A program made the translations under genes and the position numbers. From contig CALXTF010000006.1 in NCBI GenBank assembly GCA_944391335.1, positions 3,296-67,295 of the forward strand: a stretch of 64,000 bases of DNA. Reading direction: 5' to 3'. Positions 47,619 through 58,297 of this stretch are shown in pieces (position 1 is the stretch's first letter; the number at the start of each line of letters is the position of its first letter). Under the pieces are notes generated by a model. The model was not told the origin of the DNA and searched no databases. It saw only the letters and a program-made list of their open reading frames with translations. This DNA is from an uncultured Alphaproteobacteria bacterium (GTDB lineage Bacteria; Pseudomonadota; Alphaproteobacteria; RF32; CAG-239).

Positions 47619-49139
47619 TTGGAGGAGCAATTGAAAGATATAGAGAAAAAAGCAACAGTTTATTATCAGGAAAAAAACTATGCAGCGGCATTGCGTACTT
47701 TTTTGCAGCTTTTGACAATATATCCCAAACGTGAGGATTTGTTGATATGCATAGCTAATTGTTATGATGGATTACAACAAAAAGAAGAAGCTGTCGAATA
47801 TTATCAAAGAGCTTTGAAAATAAATAAAAAATCAGATATTTCAGCAGCCAATTTATCTATTATTTATTATGAAATGCAAAATTACGCACAAGCTAAAAAA
47901 TATGCGGCTAAAGCCTTGAAGTTGAATTCTAAAAATACGGCGGCCTTATCTGTTATGGGTAATTTGTATTATACTAAAAAAAATAATGAGAAAGCCTTAA
48001 AATTTTATTTGCAAGCTTTGGATGTCACACGTGATTATTATACGGCATTAATTAACACAATTACCATATATATGGAACGTAAAGATTATACGACAGCCTA
48101 TTTTTATGCAAAACGAGCAATACAATCTTATCCTGATTCGGCTGAAATTAAAAATCTATTAGCCAATATATGTATGGAAAAAGGCTTTTACGATGAAGCT
48201 ATAGTCTTGTTAGCTTCTCTTTATAAACAGCATCCTGAAGATTTTTGGTTATGTAATATGCTTTCACAAGTTTTTCAACAAAAGAAACAATATGATCAAG
48301 CATTGGAAATGGGTTGGCGTGCCGTTGTTCTTTCTAAAGGAAATAATGATCAACAAATAAATTTTGGTTATTTATTATATGAAATAGCCGTAGAAAGTCC
48401 AACAGCAGATGTTTTATCATATGTTCGTCGTTGGCAGGAAGAGTATCCGGAAAATCCAATAGCCAAGCATATGTCTTCGGCTATGCTTAACGTTGACCAC
48501 GTCAGTCAAATCAGTAATGGTTATGTGCAGAATATTTTTAACGCGTTTGCCGATGATTTTGAAGAAGTTTTAGGCGATTTAGATTATGCGGTTCCCAGTC
48601 AAATGGAGATGGCGTTAGAGGTATTGTCGCAAAATGTCAAATTAAAAAAGATGAAGATATTAGATGTTGGTTGTGGGACCGGATTATGTGGTGTTTATTT
48701 AAAAAAATACGCTAAATTTAAAGGATTAGACGGTGTTGATATATCAGAGAAAATGCTTGCGATAGCCAAAAGTAAAAAAATATATAATCATCTTTATAAC
48801 CAAGATTTATGTAAGTTCTTGTCCGAACACCAAAATAGCTATGATTTAATTAATGCGGCAGATGTCTTTACATATTTTGGTGAGTTAGGAGGCGTTTTCG
48901 TTTTATTATATGAATCCCTAAAGCCCGAAGGGCGAGTGCTGTTTAGTATAAGTGAAAATTCATATAATAACGAAGATTATTTTTTACATCTTTCCGGTCG
49001 TTTTCTTCATAATCGAAAATATGTTGAAGAAGGATTAGAAAAAAGAGGTTTTATGATAGAAAAAATAAACCGTATAAAATTAAGGAATGAAGGAGAGAAA
49101 GAAGTATGGGGTTGGATTGTTATGGCTAAAAAAATTTAA
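47619..49139 (+). CDS. TPR-repeat protein fused to class I SAM-dependent methyltransferase
   Basis: About 8 TPR-like units in the N-terminal 270 aa. C-terminal ILDVGCGTGLCG (SAM motif I). The start is uncertain (TTG 47619 or TTG 47631). Confidence 0.75.
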   Translation: MEEQLKDIEKKATVYYQEKNYAAALRTFLQLLTIYPKREDLLICIANCYDGLQQKEEAVEYYQRALKINKKSDISAANLSIIYYEMQNYAQAKKYAAKALKLNSKNTAALSVMGNLYYTKKNNEKALKFYLQALDVTRDYYTALINTITIYMERKDYTTAYFYAKRAIQSYPDSAEIKNLLANICMEKGFYDEAIVLLASLYKQHPEDFWLCNMLSQVFQQKKQYDQALEMGWRAVVLSKGNNDQQINFGYLLYEIAVESPTADVLSYVRRWQEEYPENPIAKHMSSAMLNVDHVSQISNGYVQNIFNAFADDFEEVLGDLDYAVPSQMEMALEVLSQNVKLKKMKILDVGCGTGLCGVYLKKYAKFKGLDGVDISEKMLAIAKSKKIYNHLYNQDLCKFLSEHQNSYDLINAADVFTYFGELGGVFVLLYESLKPEGRVLFSISENSYNNEDYFLHLSGRFLHNRKYVEEGLEKRGFMIEKINRIKLRNEGEKEVWGWIVMAKKI

Positions 49140-49213
49140 TTCATCCATGAAAGGTTAGAAAGGAACATTGTTTTTTATAAGAGATTAAGCAAAATTGTCA
49201 TAAAAAGAAAAAT

Positions 49214-49239
49214 AAAAACCTCCTGTACAGGAGGTTTTT
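49214..49239. terminator. Bidirectional intrinsic terminator
   Basis: aaaaa-cctcctg-tac... the palindrome aaaaacctcctgtacaggaggttttt, flanked by A5/T5. Confidence 0.7.
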
Positions 49240-49261
49240 ATTTGCAAATTTTATAAAAAAA

Positions 49262-49474
49262 TTACTTTTTGGTAGTTTTTTTAGGAGCTGCTTTTTTTGC
49301 GCAAGTAGATTTTGAGGAAGACTTAGAGGAAGATTTTGAGCAACATTTGCAACCATTTAGTTGTTCAATTGCCATCATCCAAAATTTTTCATCTTGTCCT
49401 TGAGGGCATCCGGCGTTTTGCCAAATATAGTAAGCAGCTTCTTTAATTGCGTTTTCATTATAATTTACCATCAC
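49262..49474 (-). CDS. DUF2934-like small protein with Cys/Ser/Lys-rich basic tail
   Basis: 70 aa. IKEAAYYIWQNAGCPQGQDEKFWMMAIEQL fits the DUF2934 pattern (A..iW...G.P.G.d...W..Ae..l). Tail CKCCSKSSSKSSSKSTCAKKAAPKKTTKK. Confidence 0.55.
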   Translation of the reverse strand: MMVNYNENAIKEAAYYIWQNAGCPQGQDEKFWMMAIEQLNGCKCCSKSSSKSSSKSTCAKKAAPKKTTKK

Positions 49475-49699
49475 TTACTCCAAATAAAAAAGTTTGGTTT
49501 ACACATAATTTAATATACATACAAAATTTTATCAGTCAATAACTATTATTAAAGAAAATCAATAATTAAACGAATAAGATGTTTTTTAACGAAATAGAAA
49601 TGTATTTGTGCTGTAATTTACTTGCAATTTACTAGATAAGAAATTATAGATAAAAGAGAAAGAAATTCATTTTAAAATACAAATTTTAGAGGTTATTTT

Positions 49700-51898
49700 A
49701 TGGAAAATTTATTGTCAGATGCTGAAATAAACGCCATTGTCGAAGGTAATCACGGAAATGTCTTTTCCGTATTGGGTATTCATAGAGATAAAGGAAGTAA
49801 AAATGTATTTATTCGCGCTTTTCGACCACATGCAAAATCAATAGAAGTCATTGGTCGTGACGGAAAACAATATGGTATGATGAGCAAAATTGATAAGAGA
49901 GGATTTTTCCAAATTAATCTCGGTGTCAAAGAAAATTTTTCTTATTATTTTAGAATTGAAAATGATCGCGGTGAAATATATGAAGCAGATGATACTTATC
50001 GTTTTCAACCAACGTTAGGAGATATCGATGTATATTTGTTGGGCGAAGGCAATCACTTGGAAATGTATAAAAAACTCGGTGCCCATGTTTGTGTTCAAGA
50101 TGGTGTTAAAGGTGTCAGTTTTGCTGTTTGGGCACCAAATGCCAAACGTGTTTCGGTTGTAGGCAATTTTAATAATTGGGACGGTCGTGCATGCGTTATG
50201 AGAAAATATCCGACTTGTGGCGTATGGGATATTTTTATTCCCGGATTAGGGGAGGGTGAAGTTTATAAGTATGAAATAAAAACACAACAAGATTATATCT
50301 TAACTAAATCCGATCCTGTTGGTTTCTATGCCGAAAAAAGACCCAATAATGCATCTATTGTTTATGATTTAAATCATTATCAATGGCATGATGAAGAATG
50401 GATGATAAACCCCGATAAACACAATCGTTTAGATGGTCCAATGTCAATTTATGAAGTCCACGCCGGATCATGGCGGCGTAAAGGTGAAAACGGTGAAGAA
50501 TATCTGACATATAGAGAATTAGCAGATACCTTGGTTCCATATGTTATGAATATGGGATTTACACATGTTGAATTTCTCCCTTTAGCCGAACATCCCTTAG
50601 ATGAATCATGGGGTTATCAAGTTGTGGGAATGTTCGCTCCCACAAGCCGTTTTGGAACACCGGACGACTTACGCTATTTAATAGATAAATTTCATCAAGC
50701 CGGAATAAGCGTTATTATGGATTGGGTTCCCGCGCATTTCCCTAAAGACGGACATGGATTGTGTGAATTTGACGGAACACATTTATATGAACACGCCGAT
50801 CCCAGAAAAGGAGAACATAAAGATTGGGGTACTAAAATATATAATTATGGACGAACGGAAGTTTTTAATTATTTATGTTCTAATGCTCTTTATTGGTTAA
50901 AGGAATATCATATTGACGGATTGCGCGTTGATGCTGTGGCTTCGATGCTCTATCTGGATTATTCACGCAATCCCGGAGAATGGATACCTAATATATACGG
51001 TGGTAATGAAAATTTAGAAGCAATAGCCTTTTTGCGCCGAATGAATGAGTTAGTTTACGGGTTAAATCGAGGTGTATGCACTTGCGCCGAAGAGTCAACA
51101 GCATGGCCTATGGTTTCACGTCCAACTTCAATGGGCGGGTTAGGTTTTGGTTATAAATGGAATATGGGTTGGATGAATGATACCTTACAATATATCAGTA
51201 AAGATCCTATATACCGCCAATATCATCATGGAATGCTGACTTTTGGTTTACTCTATGCTTTTAACGAAAATTTTATATTGCCGATTTCTCATGATGAAGT
51301 TGTTCATGGTAAAGGTTCCATGCTTTGTAAAATGCCAGGAGATGAATGGCAAAAATTTGCTAATTTGCGCGCTTATTACGGCTTTATGTACACACATCCG
51401 GGAAAAAAATTATTGTTTATGGGATGTGAATTCGGACAGGATTGGGAGTGGAATTGTGATGAAAGTTTGCGTTGGCATTTATTGCAATATCCAATGTATA
51501 AAGGTATGCAAAATTGCGTTCGTGATTTGAATTTGATGTATAAAGGAAATCCTCCGTTGTATGAAATTGATTTTGATTATCACGGTTTTGAATGGTTGGA
51601 TCACGCAAATGCCGCGGATAGCGTTATTTCCTATATTCGTAAGGGTAAAATTCCCGGTGATTATTTGATTGTTATATGCAATTTTACACCTGTCGTTCGT
51701 AAAAATTATCGAATAGGCGTTCCGGAAGATTGCGGGTATCAGGAAATTTTCAATAGTGATGATAAAAATTACTGGGGAAGCGGTGTTAAAAATGACGGCA
51801 TACGCTACGCGCAACATCAAGACTGGAATGGAAAAGGATATTCAATACAATTAGATCTGCCGGCTTTATCAACTATTGTCATAAAACCTATGCGATAA
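49700..51898 (+). CDS. glgB: 1,4-alpha-glucan branching enzyme
   Basis: 732 aa. GH13 motifs DWVPAHF, GLRVDAVASMLY and SHDEVVHGK. Confidence 0.95.
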   Translation: MENLLSDAEINAIVEGNHGNVFSVLGIHRDKGSKNVFIRAFRPHAKSIEVIGRDGKQYGMMSKIDKRGFFQINLGVKENFSYYFRIENDRGEIYEADDTYRFQPTLGDIDVYLLGEGNHLEMYKKLGAHVCVQDGVKGVSFAVWAPNAKRVSVVGNFNNWDGRACVMRKYPTCGVWDIFIPGLGEGEVYKYEIKTQQDYILTKSDPVGFYAEKRPNNASIVYDLNHYQWHDEEWMINPDKHNRLDGPMSIYEVHAGSWRRKGENGEEYLTYRELADTLVPYVMNMGFTHVEFLPLAEHPLDESWGYQVVGMFAPTSRFGTPDDLRYLIDKFHQAGISVIMDWVPAHFPKDGHGLCEFDGTHLYEHADPRKGEHKDWGTKIYNYGRTEVFNYLCSNALYWLKEYHIDGLRVDAVASMLYLDYSRNPGEWIPNIYGGNENLEAIAFLRRMNELVYGLNRGVCTCAEESTAWPMVSRPTSMGGLGFGYKWNMGWMNDTLQYISKDPIYRQYHHGMLTFGLLYAFNENFILPISHDEVVHGKGSMLCKMPGDEWQKFANLRAYYGFMYTHPGKKLLFMGCEFGQDWEWNCDESLRWHLLQYPMYKGMQNCVRDLNLMYKGNPPLYEIDFDYHGFEWLDHANAADSVISYIRKGKIPGDYLIVICNFTPVVRKNYRIGVPEDCGYQEIFNSDDKNYWGSGVKNDGIRYAQHQDWNGKGYSIQLDLPALSTIVIKPMR

Positions 51899-51917
51899 AA
51901 TCTAAAGGAGATGATAA

Positions 51918-54002
51918 ATGAGCAATAATATAACCATAAAACCAGGAAAAACTTATCCTTTAGGTTCCTATTATGATGGAGAAGGTGTTAATTTTGCTCT
52001 TTTTTCAGCTCACGCAACTAAAGTTGAGTTATGTCTGTTTAATAAGAATGGAACAGAAGAAGTATCGCGTATTGAAATTAAAAATCATGATAATAATATT
52101 TGGCATATTTATATATCAGGAATAAAAGTTGGACAAATATATGGTTATCGCGTTTATGGTCCATATAAACCTGAAGAAGGACATCGCTTTAATCCTAATA
52201 AACTCTTGTTTGATCCTTATGGGAAAAAACTCGTTGGTCGTTTAATATGGCATAAAGCTATTTTCGGATATAATCCAGATAGTCCGGATAAAGATCTTTC
52301 ATTTAGTGAATTAGATAGCGCGCCTTATGTGCCTAAATCCGTTGTCGTTGATGATGCATATAATTGGGAAGATGATAAAAATCCCGATTATGATTTTAAT
52401 CAAAGCATCATTTATGAAACTCATGTTCGTGGTTATACCAAATTACATCCACAAATACCGGATCATTATCGCGGTACGTTTATGGGACTTTCCATGCCTT
52501 CAATTATAGGATATTTGCATAAATTGGGCATAACAGCAGTTGAGTTGCTTCCTGTTCATGCATTTTTAGGGAACCGATATAAAAAAGGATTTTCGCATAA
52601 CAATTATTGGGGATATGAAAGTTGTAGTTTTTTTGCTCTTGAACAATCTTATCTTGTTGATAATGATATTAATGAATTTAAGGAAATGGTGAAAAGATTT
52701 CACCAAAATGGATTAGAAGTGATACTTGATGTGGTTTATAATCACACGGCAGAAGGCAATCAGATGGGACCGACATTATGTTATCGCGGAATAGATAATG
52801 CCTCGTATTATGTATTGAATAAGGAAAATAAACGGTATTATTATGACAGTACGGGTTGTGGCGCTTCATTTAACGCGGAAAATCCTTACGTTTTACAATT
52901 AATTATGGATTCATTAAGATATTTTGTAGAACAAATGCATGTTGATGGTTTTCGTTTTGATTTAGCTTCGACACTTTGCCGTCGGAAAAATAATTTTAGT
53001 GTAGAAAGTGGGTTTTTATATGCGGTTCGTCAAGATCCGGTCTTAAAAAAAGTTAAGTTAATAGCTGAACCATGGGATATAGGTGATGGCGGGTATCAAT
53101 TGGGAGCCTTTCCTGCCGGTTGGGGAGAATGGAATGATCGTTATCGAGATGTCGTTCGTCGTTTTTGGAAAGGAGATCAATATCAAACAGCAGAATTTGC
53201 CAGTCGTATTTCTGGTTCCAGCGATATATTTAATTATCATAACCGAGATATATCAAGCAGTATCAATTTTATAACAGCACATGATGGATTTAGTCTTTAT
53301 GATTTGGTAAGTTACAATAATAAGCACAATCAGGCTAACGGTGAAGATAACCGTGACGGAAGTAACGCCAATTGGAGTTGGAATTCCGGTGAAGAAGGGG
53401 AAAGTTATGATGAAGATGTTTTAACTAATCGCTATCTTCGCGCGCGTGCTATTATGACAACATTGCTGTTATCATTTGGAACACCCATGATAGTGGCAGG
53501 AGATGAGTTTTTACATACTCAATTTGGAAATAATAATCCATATTGTCAAGATAATGTATTAACTTGGTTGGTATGGGAAAGTATTAATAAAAAGGAACAA
53601 GAATTTATTGAATATGTCAGTCGTGTTATTAAACTTCGTCGAAAGTTAAAAGTCTTTGATAAAAAGCACTTTTTTACCGGTAAATATGGAATAGAAAATA
53701 TTAAAGATTTAACATGGTATACAGAACAAGGTCGAGAATTTATGGATTCTAATTGGTATGACGGCAATCGTAAAGCTCTTTCATATAGTATTCATTATGA
53801 AGATAAATTTATTTTGTGTATATTTAATGCAAATGACGCAGAAATAAAATGGAAATTGCCGCCATTAGGAAAAGACACAGAATGGAAATTGCTTTTAGAT
53901 TCATCTGATCAATTTTCCCATCAACAAAAAGTAATTTCAGGAAAAAATATAATAGTACCGGCGTGGAGCGTTATATTATTTGAAATCAAAAACAGGAGGT
54001 AG
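51918..54002 (+). CDS. glgX: Glycogen debranching enzyme
   Basis: 694 aa. LDVVYNHT, GFRFDLAS, AEPWD and FITAHDGF. Confidence 0.9.
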   Translation: MSNNITIKPGKTYPLGSYYDGEGVNFALFSAHATKVELCLFNKNGTEEVSRIEIKNHDNNIWHIYISGIKVGQIYGYRVYGPYKPEEGHRFNPNKLLFDPYGKKLVGRLIWHKAIFGYNPDSPDKDLSFSELDSAPYVPKSVVVDDAYNWEDDKNPDYDFNQSIIYETHVRGYTKLHPQIPDHYRGTFMGLSMPSIIGYLHKLGITAVELLPVHAFLGNRYKKGFSHNNYWGYESCSFFALEQSYLVDNDINEFKEMVKRFHQNGLEVILDVVYNHTAEGNQMGPTLCYRGIDNASYYVLNKENKRYYYDSTGCGASFNAENPYVLQLIMDSLRYFVEQMHVDGFRFDLASTLCRRKNNFSVESGFLYAVRQDPVLKKVKLIAEPWDIGDGGYQLGAFPAGWGEWNDRYRDVVRRFWKGDQYQTAEFASRISGSSDIFNYHNRDISSSINFITAHDGFSLYDLVSYNNKHNQANGEDNRDGSNANWSWNSGEEGESYDEDVLTNRYLRARAIMTTLLLSFGTPMIVAGDEFLHTQFGNNNPYCQDNVLTWLVWESINKKEQEFIEYVSRVIKLRRKLKVFDKKHFFTGKYGIENIKDLTWYTEQGREFMDSNWYDGNRKALSYSIHYEDKFILCIFNANDAEIKWKLPPLGKDTEWKLLLDSSDQFSHQQKVISGKNIIVPAWSVILFEIKNRR

Positions 54003-54005
54003 GAT

Positions 54006-56153
54006 ATGGATGAAAAATTAGAAGAACTGGCAAAGAAATTAGGTATTCTAACATATTATGCAGATTCTAACCTAATACAACAATATCATCATGTTAGCGA
54101 TAATACAATACGTTTTTTTGCGGGTATTTTAGGTTTTAAGGCCGATACACCGACAGATGTCGATAAAAGTTTGCGAAAATTGGAAAAACGCCGTTGGCAA
54201 TATGTATTAGAACCTATATATATTTTTAAACAAGATCATCAAATTTTTGATGCCGTTTTGCCTTTTTCGGATTTAGAAGGTGATTTCCGCGTTGTTTTAA
54301 AAAGTAAACAAAATGGAGAAAAAGTAGAAGTTTCCTATATAGTTACAACAATGGAAGAACACTGCAAAATTGCTCGAAAAGAATATGGAAAAGTTCAAAT
54401 AGAAATAACTTCAAAATTAGATATAGGGTATTATGATACGGAAGTTTCAACTTCTTCAGGAAAATGGCAGACAATATTAGCCGTGGCTCCCCAAAAATGT
54501 TATTGTCCTGCAATAATAGAAAAAAAACGTTTGTGGGGATATGCCGTACAACTATATTCATTACGCAGTCGACGCAATTGGGGTATAGGAGATTTTACGG
54601 ATTTATATAATTTTGTGGATATATGCCATCGAAGCGGAGCAGATATCATAGGGGTTAATCCGGTTAATGTTCTTAATCACTGTTTCCCTCAAGAGGCTAG
54701 TCCGTATATGTCAATTAGCCGGCTGTTTTTAAATCCGATATATATAGATGTAGAACAAGTTCCCGAATTTCAAGCAGAAGATCGTTATCAAATACAAGCA
54801 AAGATTGCTGATTTAAATGCAGCCGAAATGATAGATTATGAACAAGTCTATTCGCTTAAAATTAAGGTTTTGCAAAAACTTTATCAACGAATGAAAAAAG
54901 ATATGGATAGAGTGGAAGAATTTGAAAAATTTTGTATGGAGCAGGGGAGTGATTTAGAGAATTTGGCTGTATTTCAAGCATTATATGAAGATCAATGGCA
55001 AGATCATTGGGGAGGTTGGCGAGCATGGGAAAAACAATACCGCCATTCTTATTCTTTAGCGGTAAAAAAATACAGTCAAGAACATATTGAAAAATTGGAA
55101 TTTTTTAAATTTTTACAGTTTGAAGCGTCTAGGCAGCTTAAACGAGTATCTGATCATGTGCGCAGCCTCGGTTTACAAATAGGGATATATCGTGATTTAC
55201 CGGTTGGTGTTGATCGAGACAGCGCGGAAACATGGAGCGATGAAAAATTGTTTCTTCAAGAAAGCGGCTCAGGTTCTCCTCCGGATGCTTTTTTCCCTAA
55301 CGGGCAGAAATGGAATCTTGGTGCTTTTAATCCTTTTGAATTAAAAGCAAGAGGATATGAACCGTTTATAAAAATTATTCGAACGGCGGCCAAAGGAGCA
55401 GGAGCTTTAAGACTTGATCATGTAATGAGTTTGATGCGTCTTTTTATTATTCCGGAAAAAGAAGGAGAAGAAGGAACATATTTATTATATAATTTTGATG
55501 ATATGTTAAATATTGTCGCTATCGAAAGCCACTTAAATCAATGCTTAATTATTGGAGAAAGTATCGGTAATGTTCCGGAAGGATTTTTAACTAAAATAGC
55601 GTCGCAAAACATTATGTCGATGAGTATATTATGGGGTGAACGTTGGGATGCCGGTTGGGGAGAATTCAAATCCCCTTATCAATATCCCGAAAATGTCATT
55701 GCGTCAGTCGGTACACATGATATGCCGCCGCTTAAAATGTGGTGGTATGGATATGATATCGCTTTATCGCGAAAATTAAATATCATTACTTCGGATGATG
55801 ATATGTATAATAATTATCATAAAAGAGAAGCGGATAGATGGAAATTATTAAAAGCAATGGATGAAAATCAAGTTTGGCCAGAAGATAACAGACGTCGCGG
55901 AGATTATCTGTTCGGTGAAGGATATCCTGAAGGTCTGGAAGAAGCGGTACATCGATATATAGCAAGAAGTAATGCTAAAATCTTTTTGATTCAACCCGAA
56001 GATATTTTCCAAGTGGATCAACAACAAAATGTTCCTGGTACAGATAGAGATAAATATCCTAATTGGCGTCATAAACTTCCTGTTAATATCGAAGATATGG
56101 AAAATACATTGGCTTATTATCGTAATATAGCCGGCATAAAAAAAGAACGATAG
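54006..56153 (+). CDS. malQ: 4-alpha-glucanotransferase (amylomaltase, long MalQ type)
   Basis: 715 aa. GH77 motifs GIGDFTD, LRLDHVMSL, GESIG and GTHDMPP. Confidence 0.9.
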   Translation: MDEKLEELAKKLGILTYYADSNLIQQYHHVSDNTIRFFAGILGFKADTPTDVDKSLRKLEKRRWQYVLEPIYIFKQDHQIFDAVLPFSDLEGDFRVVLKSKQNGEKVEVSYIVTTMEEHCKIARKEYGKVQIEITSKLDIGYYDTEVSTSSGKWQTILAVAPQKCYCPAIIEKKRLWGYAVQLYSLRSRRNWGIGDFTDLYNFVDICHRSGADIIGVNPVNVLNHCFPQEASPYMSISRLFLNPIYIDVEQVPEFQAEDRYQIQAKIADLNAAEMIDYEQVYSLKIKVLQKLYQRMKKDMDRVEEFEKFCMEQGSDLENLAVFQALYEDQWQDHWGGWRAWEKQYRHSYSLAVKKYSQEHIEKLEFFKFLQFEASRQLKRVSDHVRSLGLQIGIYRDLPVGVDRDSAETWSDEKLFLQESGSGSPPDAFFPNGQKWNLGAFNPFELKARGYEPFIKIIRTAAKGAGALRLDHVMSLMRLFIIPEKEGEEGTYLLYNFDDMLNIVAIESHLNQCLIIGESIGNVPEGFLTKIASQNIMSMSILWGERWDAGWGEFKSPYQYPENVIASVGTHDMPPLKMWWYGYDIALSRKLNIITSDDDMYNNYHKREADRWKLLKAMDENQVWPEDNRRRGDYLFGEGYPEGLEEAVHRYIARSNAKIFLIQPEDIFQVDQQQNVPGTDRDKYPNWRHKLPVNIEDMENTLAYYRNIAGIKKER

Positions 56154-56229
56154 AAAAAATGAAATATGGCTTTACGAGTAAAAAAAAATGATATAAAATT
56201 ATAAAATAATTTTTGATTGAGGGATAAAA

Positions 56230-57141
56230 ATGAACTTAAACAGGCTGAAAATACTGCTTTGCTGCCTTTTTACTATAATTTTTCTCAATAGTTGTGAAAC
56301 AGCATCACCAGTCGTAACAGATCCACCGGTGAAACAAGCATCGGCCATTAAAAGTCAAGGAGGTACCTATAAAATAGGTACTCCTTATAAAATTCTTGGA
56401 CGTTGGTACTATCCTAAAGAAGATTATACTTATTCGGAAGTCGGTATTGCTTCATGGTATGGTCCCGATTTTCATGCAAAACGTACGGCGAATGGCGAAA
56501 AATACGATATGCACGCCTTAACGGCAGCGCATCGTACCTTGCCGCTTCCATCAATCGTTCGTATTACTAATTTAGAAAATGGACGTTCTTTAATTGTTCG
56601 TGTTAATGATCGAGGACCTTACGCTCGTAATCGTATTATAGATGTTTCTAAAAAAGTAGCTCAACTTCTTGGCTTTATGGATAAAGGAACAGCTAAAGTG
56701 CGCGTCGAAATTATGGAAAAAGAAAGTAAAAATTTAAAGGCCGCGCTAACGGGAGAAGGAGAAATTGAAGAAGTCTCATCAGCTCCCACAACAGCAATAA
56801 TGCGTACCGAAATAGGAGAAAATGCAGATAATTTGGCCGCCGCGCCTTCAATCAGTCCGGTAATGTCATCATCATATATAACATCAGATGATAAAATAAC
56901 GACATCTCTGGCAGATGGTTATTATGTTCAAGTCGGAGCTTTTTCGGATTACCAAACAGCAACTCGGTTGGCTGCCAGATTGGCAGAATTTGGTCAAACC
57001 CATATTCAAAAAGCTAAAGTCGGAAATCGTCTGTTTTATCGCGTGCGAATAGGTCCATATCAACATCATGAAGAAGCAGTCGTTATGCAAGCAAAAATTA
57101 GAAATTACGGCATTCCCGCCGCCCACGTTATAGAAAATTAA
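56230..57141 (+). CDS. rlpA: Septal ring lytic transglycosylase RlpA family lipoprotein with SPOR domain
   Basis: Lipobox FLNSC. DPBB domain GIASWYGPDFHAKRTANGEKYD...VNDRGPY. C-terminal SPOR (YYVQVGAFSDYQTA...YRVRIGPY). Confidence 0.9.
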   Translation: MNLNRLKILLCCLFTIIFLNSCETASPVVTDPPVKQASAIKSQGGTYKIGTPYKILGRWYYPKEDYTYSEVGIASWYGPDFHAKRTANGEKYDMHALTAAHRTLPLPSIVRITNLENGRSLIVRVNDRGPYARNRIIDVSKKVAQLLGFMDKGTAKVRVEIMEKESKNLKAALTGEGEIEEVSSAPTTAIMRTEIGENADNLAAAPSISPVMSSSYITSDDKITTSLADGYYVQVGAFSDYQTATRLAARLAEFGQTHIQKAKVGNRLFYRVRIGPYQHHEEAVVMQAKIRNYGIPAAHVIEN

Positions 57142-57151
57142 AGGAAGAAAA

Positions 57152-58297
57152 ATGAAAATCTATTTAAAATTCTTATTAACAACTTTGTTGATAATAAATA
57201 TTGCTTTTCCGGCAAGTTCCTTGGAAACAAAAGCAAAAAATGCGATATTGATGGATTATGATACAGGCGAATATCTTTATACAGAAAATGCTTTTGTTCC
57301 TGTTCCGCCGGCTTCAATGAGCAAATTAATGACAATCTATGTTATTTTTAGTAAAATAAAAGATGGTTCTTTATCGTTAGAAGATGTTTTTACTGTAAGT
57401 GAAAATGCATGGAAGACAGGTGGAGCGGCTAGTGGAAGCTCAACCATGTTTCTCCCCGTTGGTGATAAAGTTACAGTGGAAAACTTAATTAAAGGAATAA
57501 TTGTTCAATCGGGAAATGATGCTTGTATTGTTGCCGCAGAAAATATTAGTGGTTCAGAAGAAAATTTTGTTGATTTAATGAATGAAAAAGCAAAAGAACT
57601 TGGATTAAAAAATTCGCATTTTGTTAATTCAACAGGATTACCTCATCCCGATCATCGGATGTCGGTTGAAGATTTAGCTAAATTGGCGCAAGCAATCATC
57701 CGCGATTTTCCGGAATATTATCCTATATTTTCACAGAAAAATTTTACCTATAATAATATTTTACAAGGTAACCGTAATCCGCTTTTATATACAATGCCGG
57801 ATGCCGATGGTTTAAAAACAGGGCATACCGAAGAAGCGGGTCATTGTCTTGCAGCATCAGTAAAACGAGATAATAGACGCTTGATAGGGGTTATGACAGG
57901 ACTAAAAAGCAATAAGGAACGTTCGGAAGAAGCCGAAAAATTGATGAATTGGGGTTTCCGTGAGTTTGATAATTATACCTTATTTAAACAATATCAAAGA
58001 ATTGTTTCAGTTCCGGTGTATATGGGAGTTGAAAAAAATATAGATTTGGTCGTTAATAATAATGTGATAATGACCATAGCCCGCAATAAAGCACGAGATG
58101 TTAAAATAACGGCAGTTTATGAAAAACCGGTGAAAGCACCTATAGAGCAAGGTCAAAAACTTGGTGAATTGCACATTCAAATTCCCGAAGAAGAAGTTAA
58201 AATTATTCCGCTATACGCAGATCATAGTGTACACAAACTTGGTTTTTGGGGAAGAATTTTAAGTAATATTAAATATATCTTATTTGGAGCAGAATAA
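57152..58297 (+). CDS. D-alanyl-D-alanine carboxypeptidase (PBP5/6 family)
   Basis: Signal peptide. SxxK (ASMSKLMT), SGN (QSGND), KTG (LKTGHT). Confidence 0.9.
   Translation: MKIYLKFLLTTLLIINIAFPASSLETKAKNAILMDYDTGEYLYTENAFVPVPPASMSKLMTIYVIFSKIKDGSLSLEDVFTVSENAWKTGGAASGSSTMFLPVGDKVTVENLIKGIIVQSGNDACIVAAENISGSEENFVDLMNEKAKELGLKNSHFVNSTGLPHPDHRMSVEDLAKLAQAIIRDFPEYYPIFSQKNFTYNNILQGNRNPLLYTMPDADGLKTGHTEEAGHCLAASVKRDNRRLIGVMTGLKSNKERSEEAEKLMNWGFREFDNYTLFKQYQRIVSVPVYMGVEKNIDLVVNNNVIMTIARNKARDVKITAVYEKPVKAPIEQGQKLGELHIQIPEEEVKIIPLYADHSVHKLGFWGRILSNIKYILFGAE

Noticed and set aside
47455-47718. 87-aa ORF on the minus strand.
   Set aside because: Its 3' part is the tRNA-Leu(CAA) gene (47443..47528) and the rest overlaps the TPR-methyltransferase start region. 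The tRNA cloverleaf explains the sequence.
49700-56153. The glycogen cluster glgB-glgX-malQ lacks glgC/glgA, considered as a possible unusual pathway.
   Set aside because: glgP lies elsewhere in the window, and the synthase genes may simply be outside these 64 kb. Absence cannot be judged from one window.
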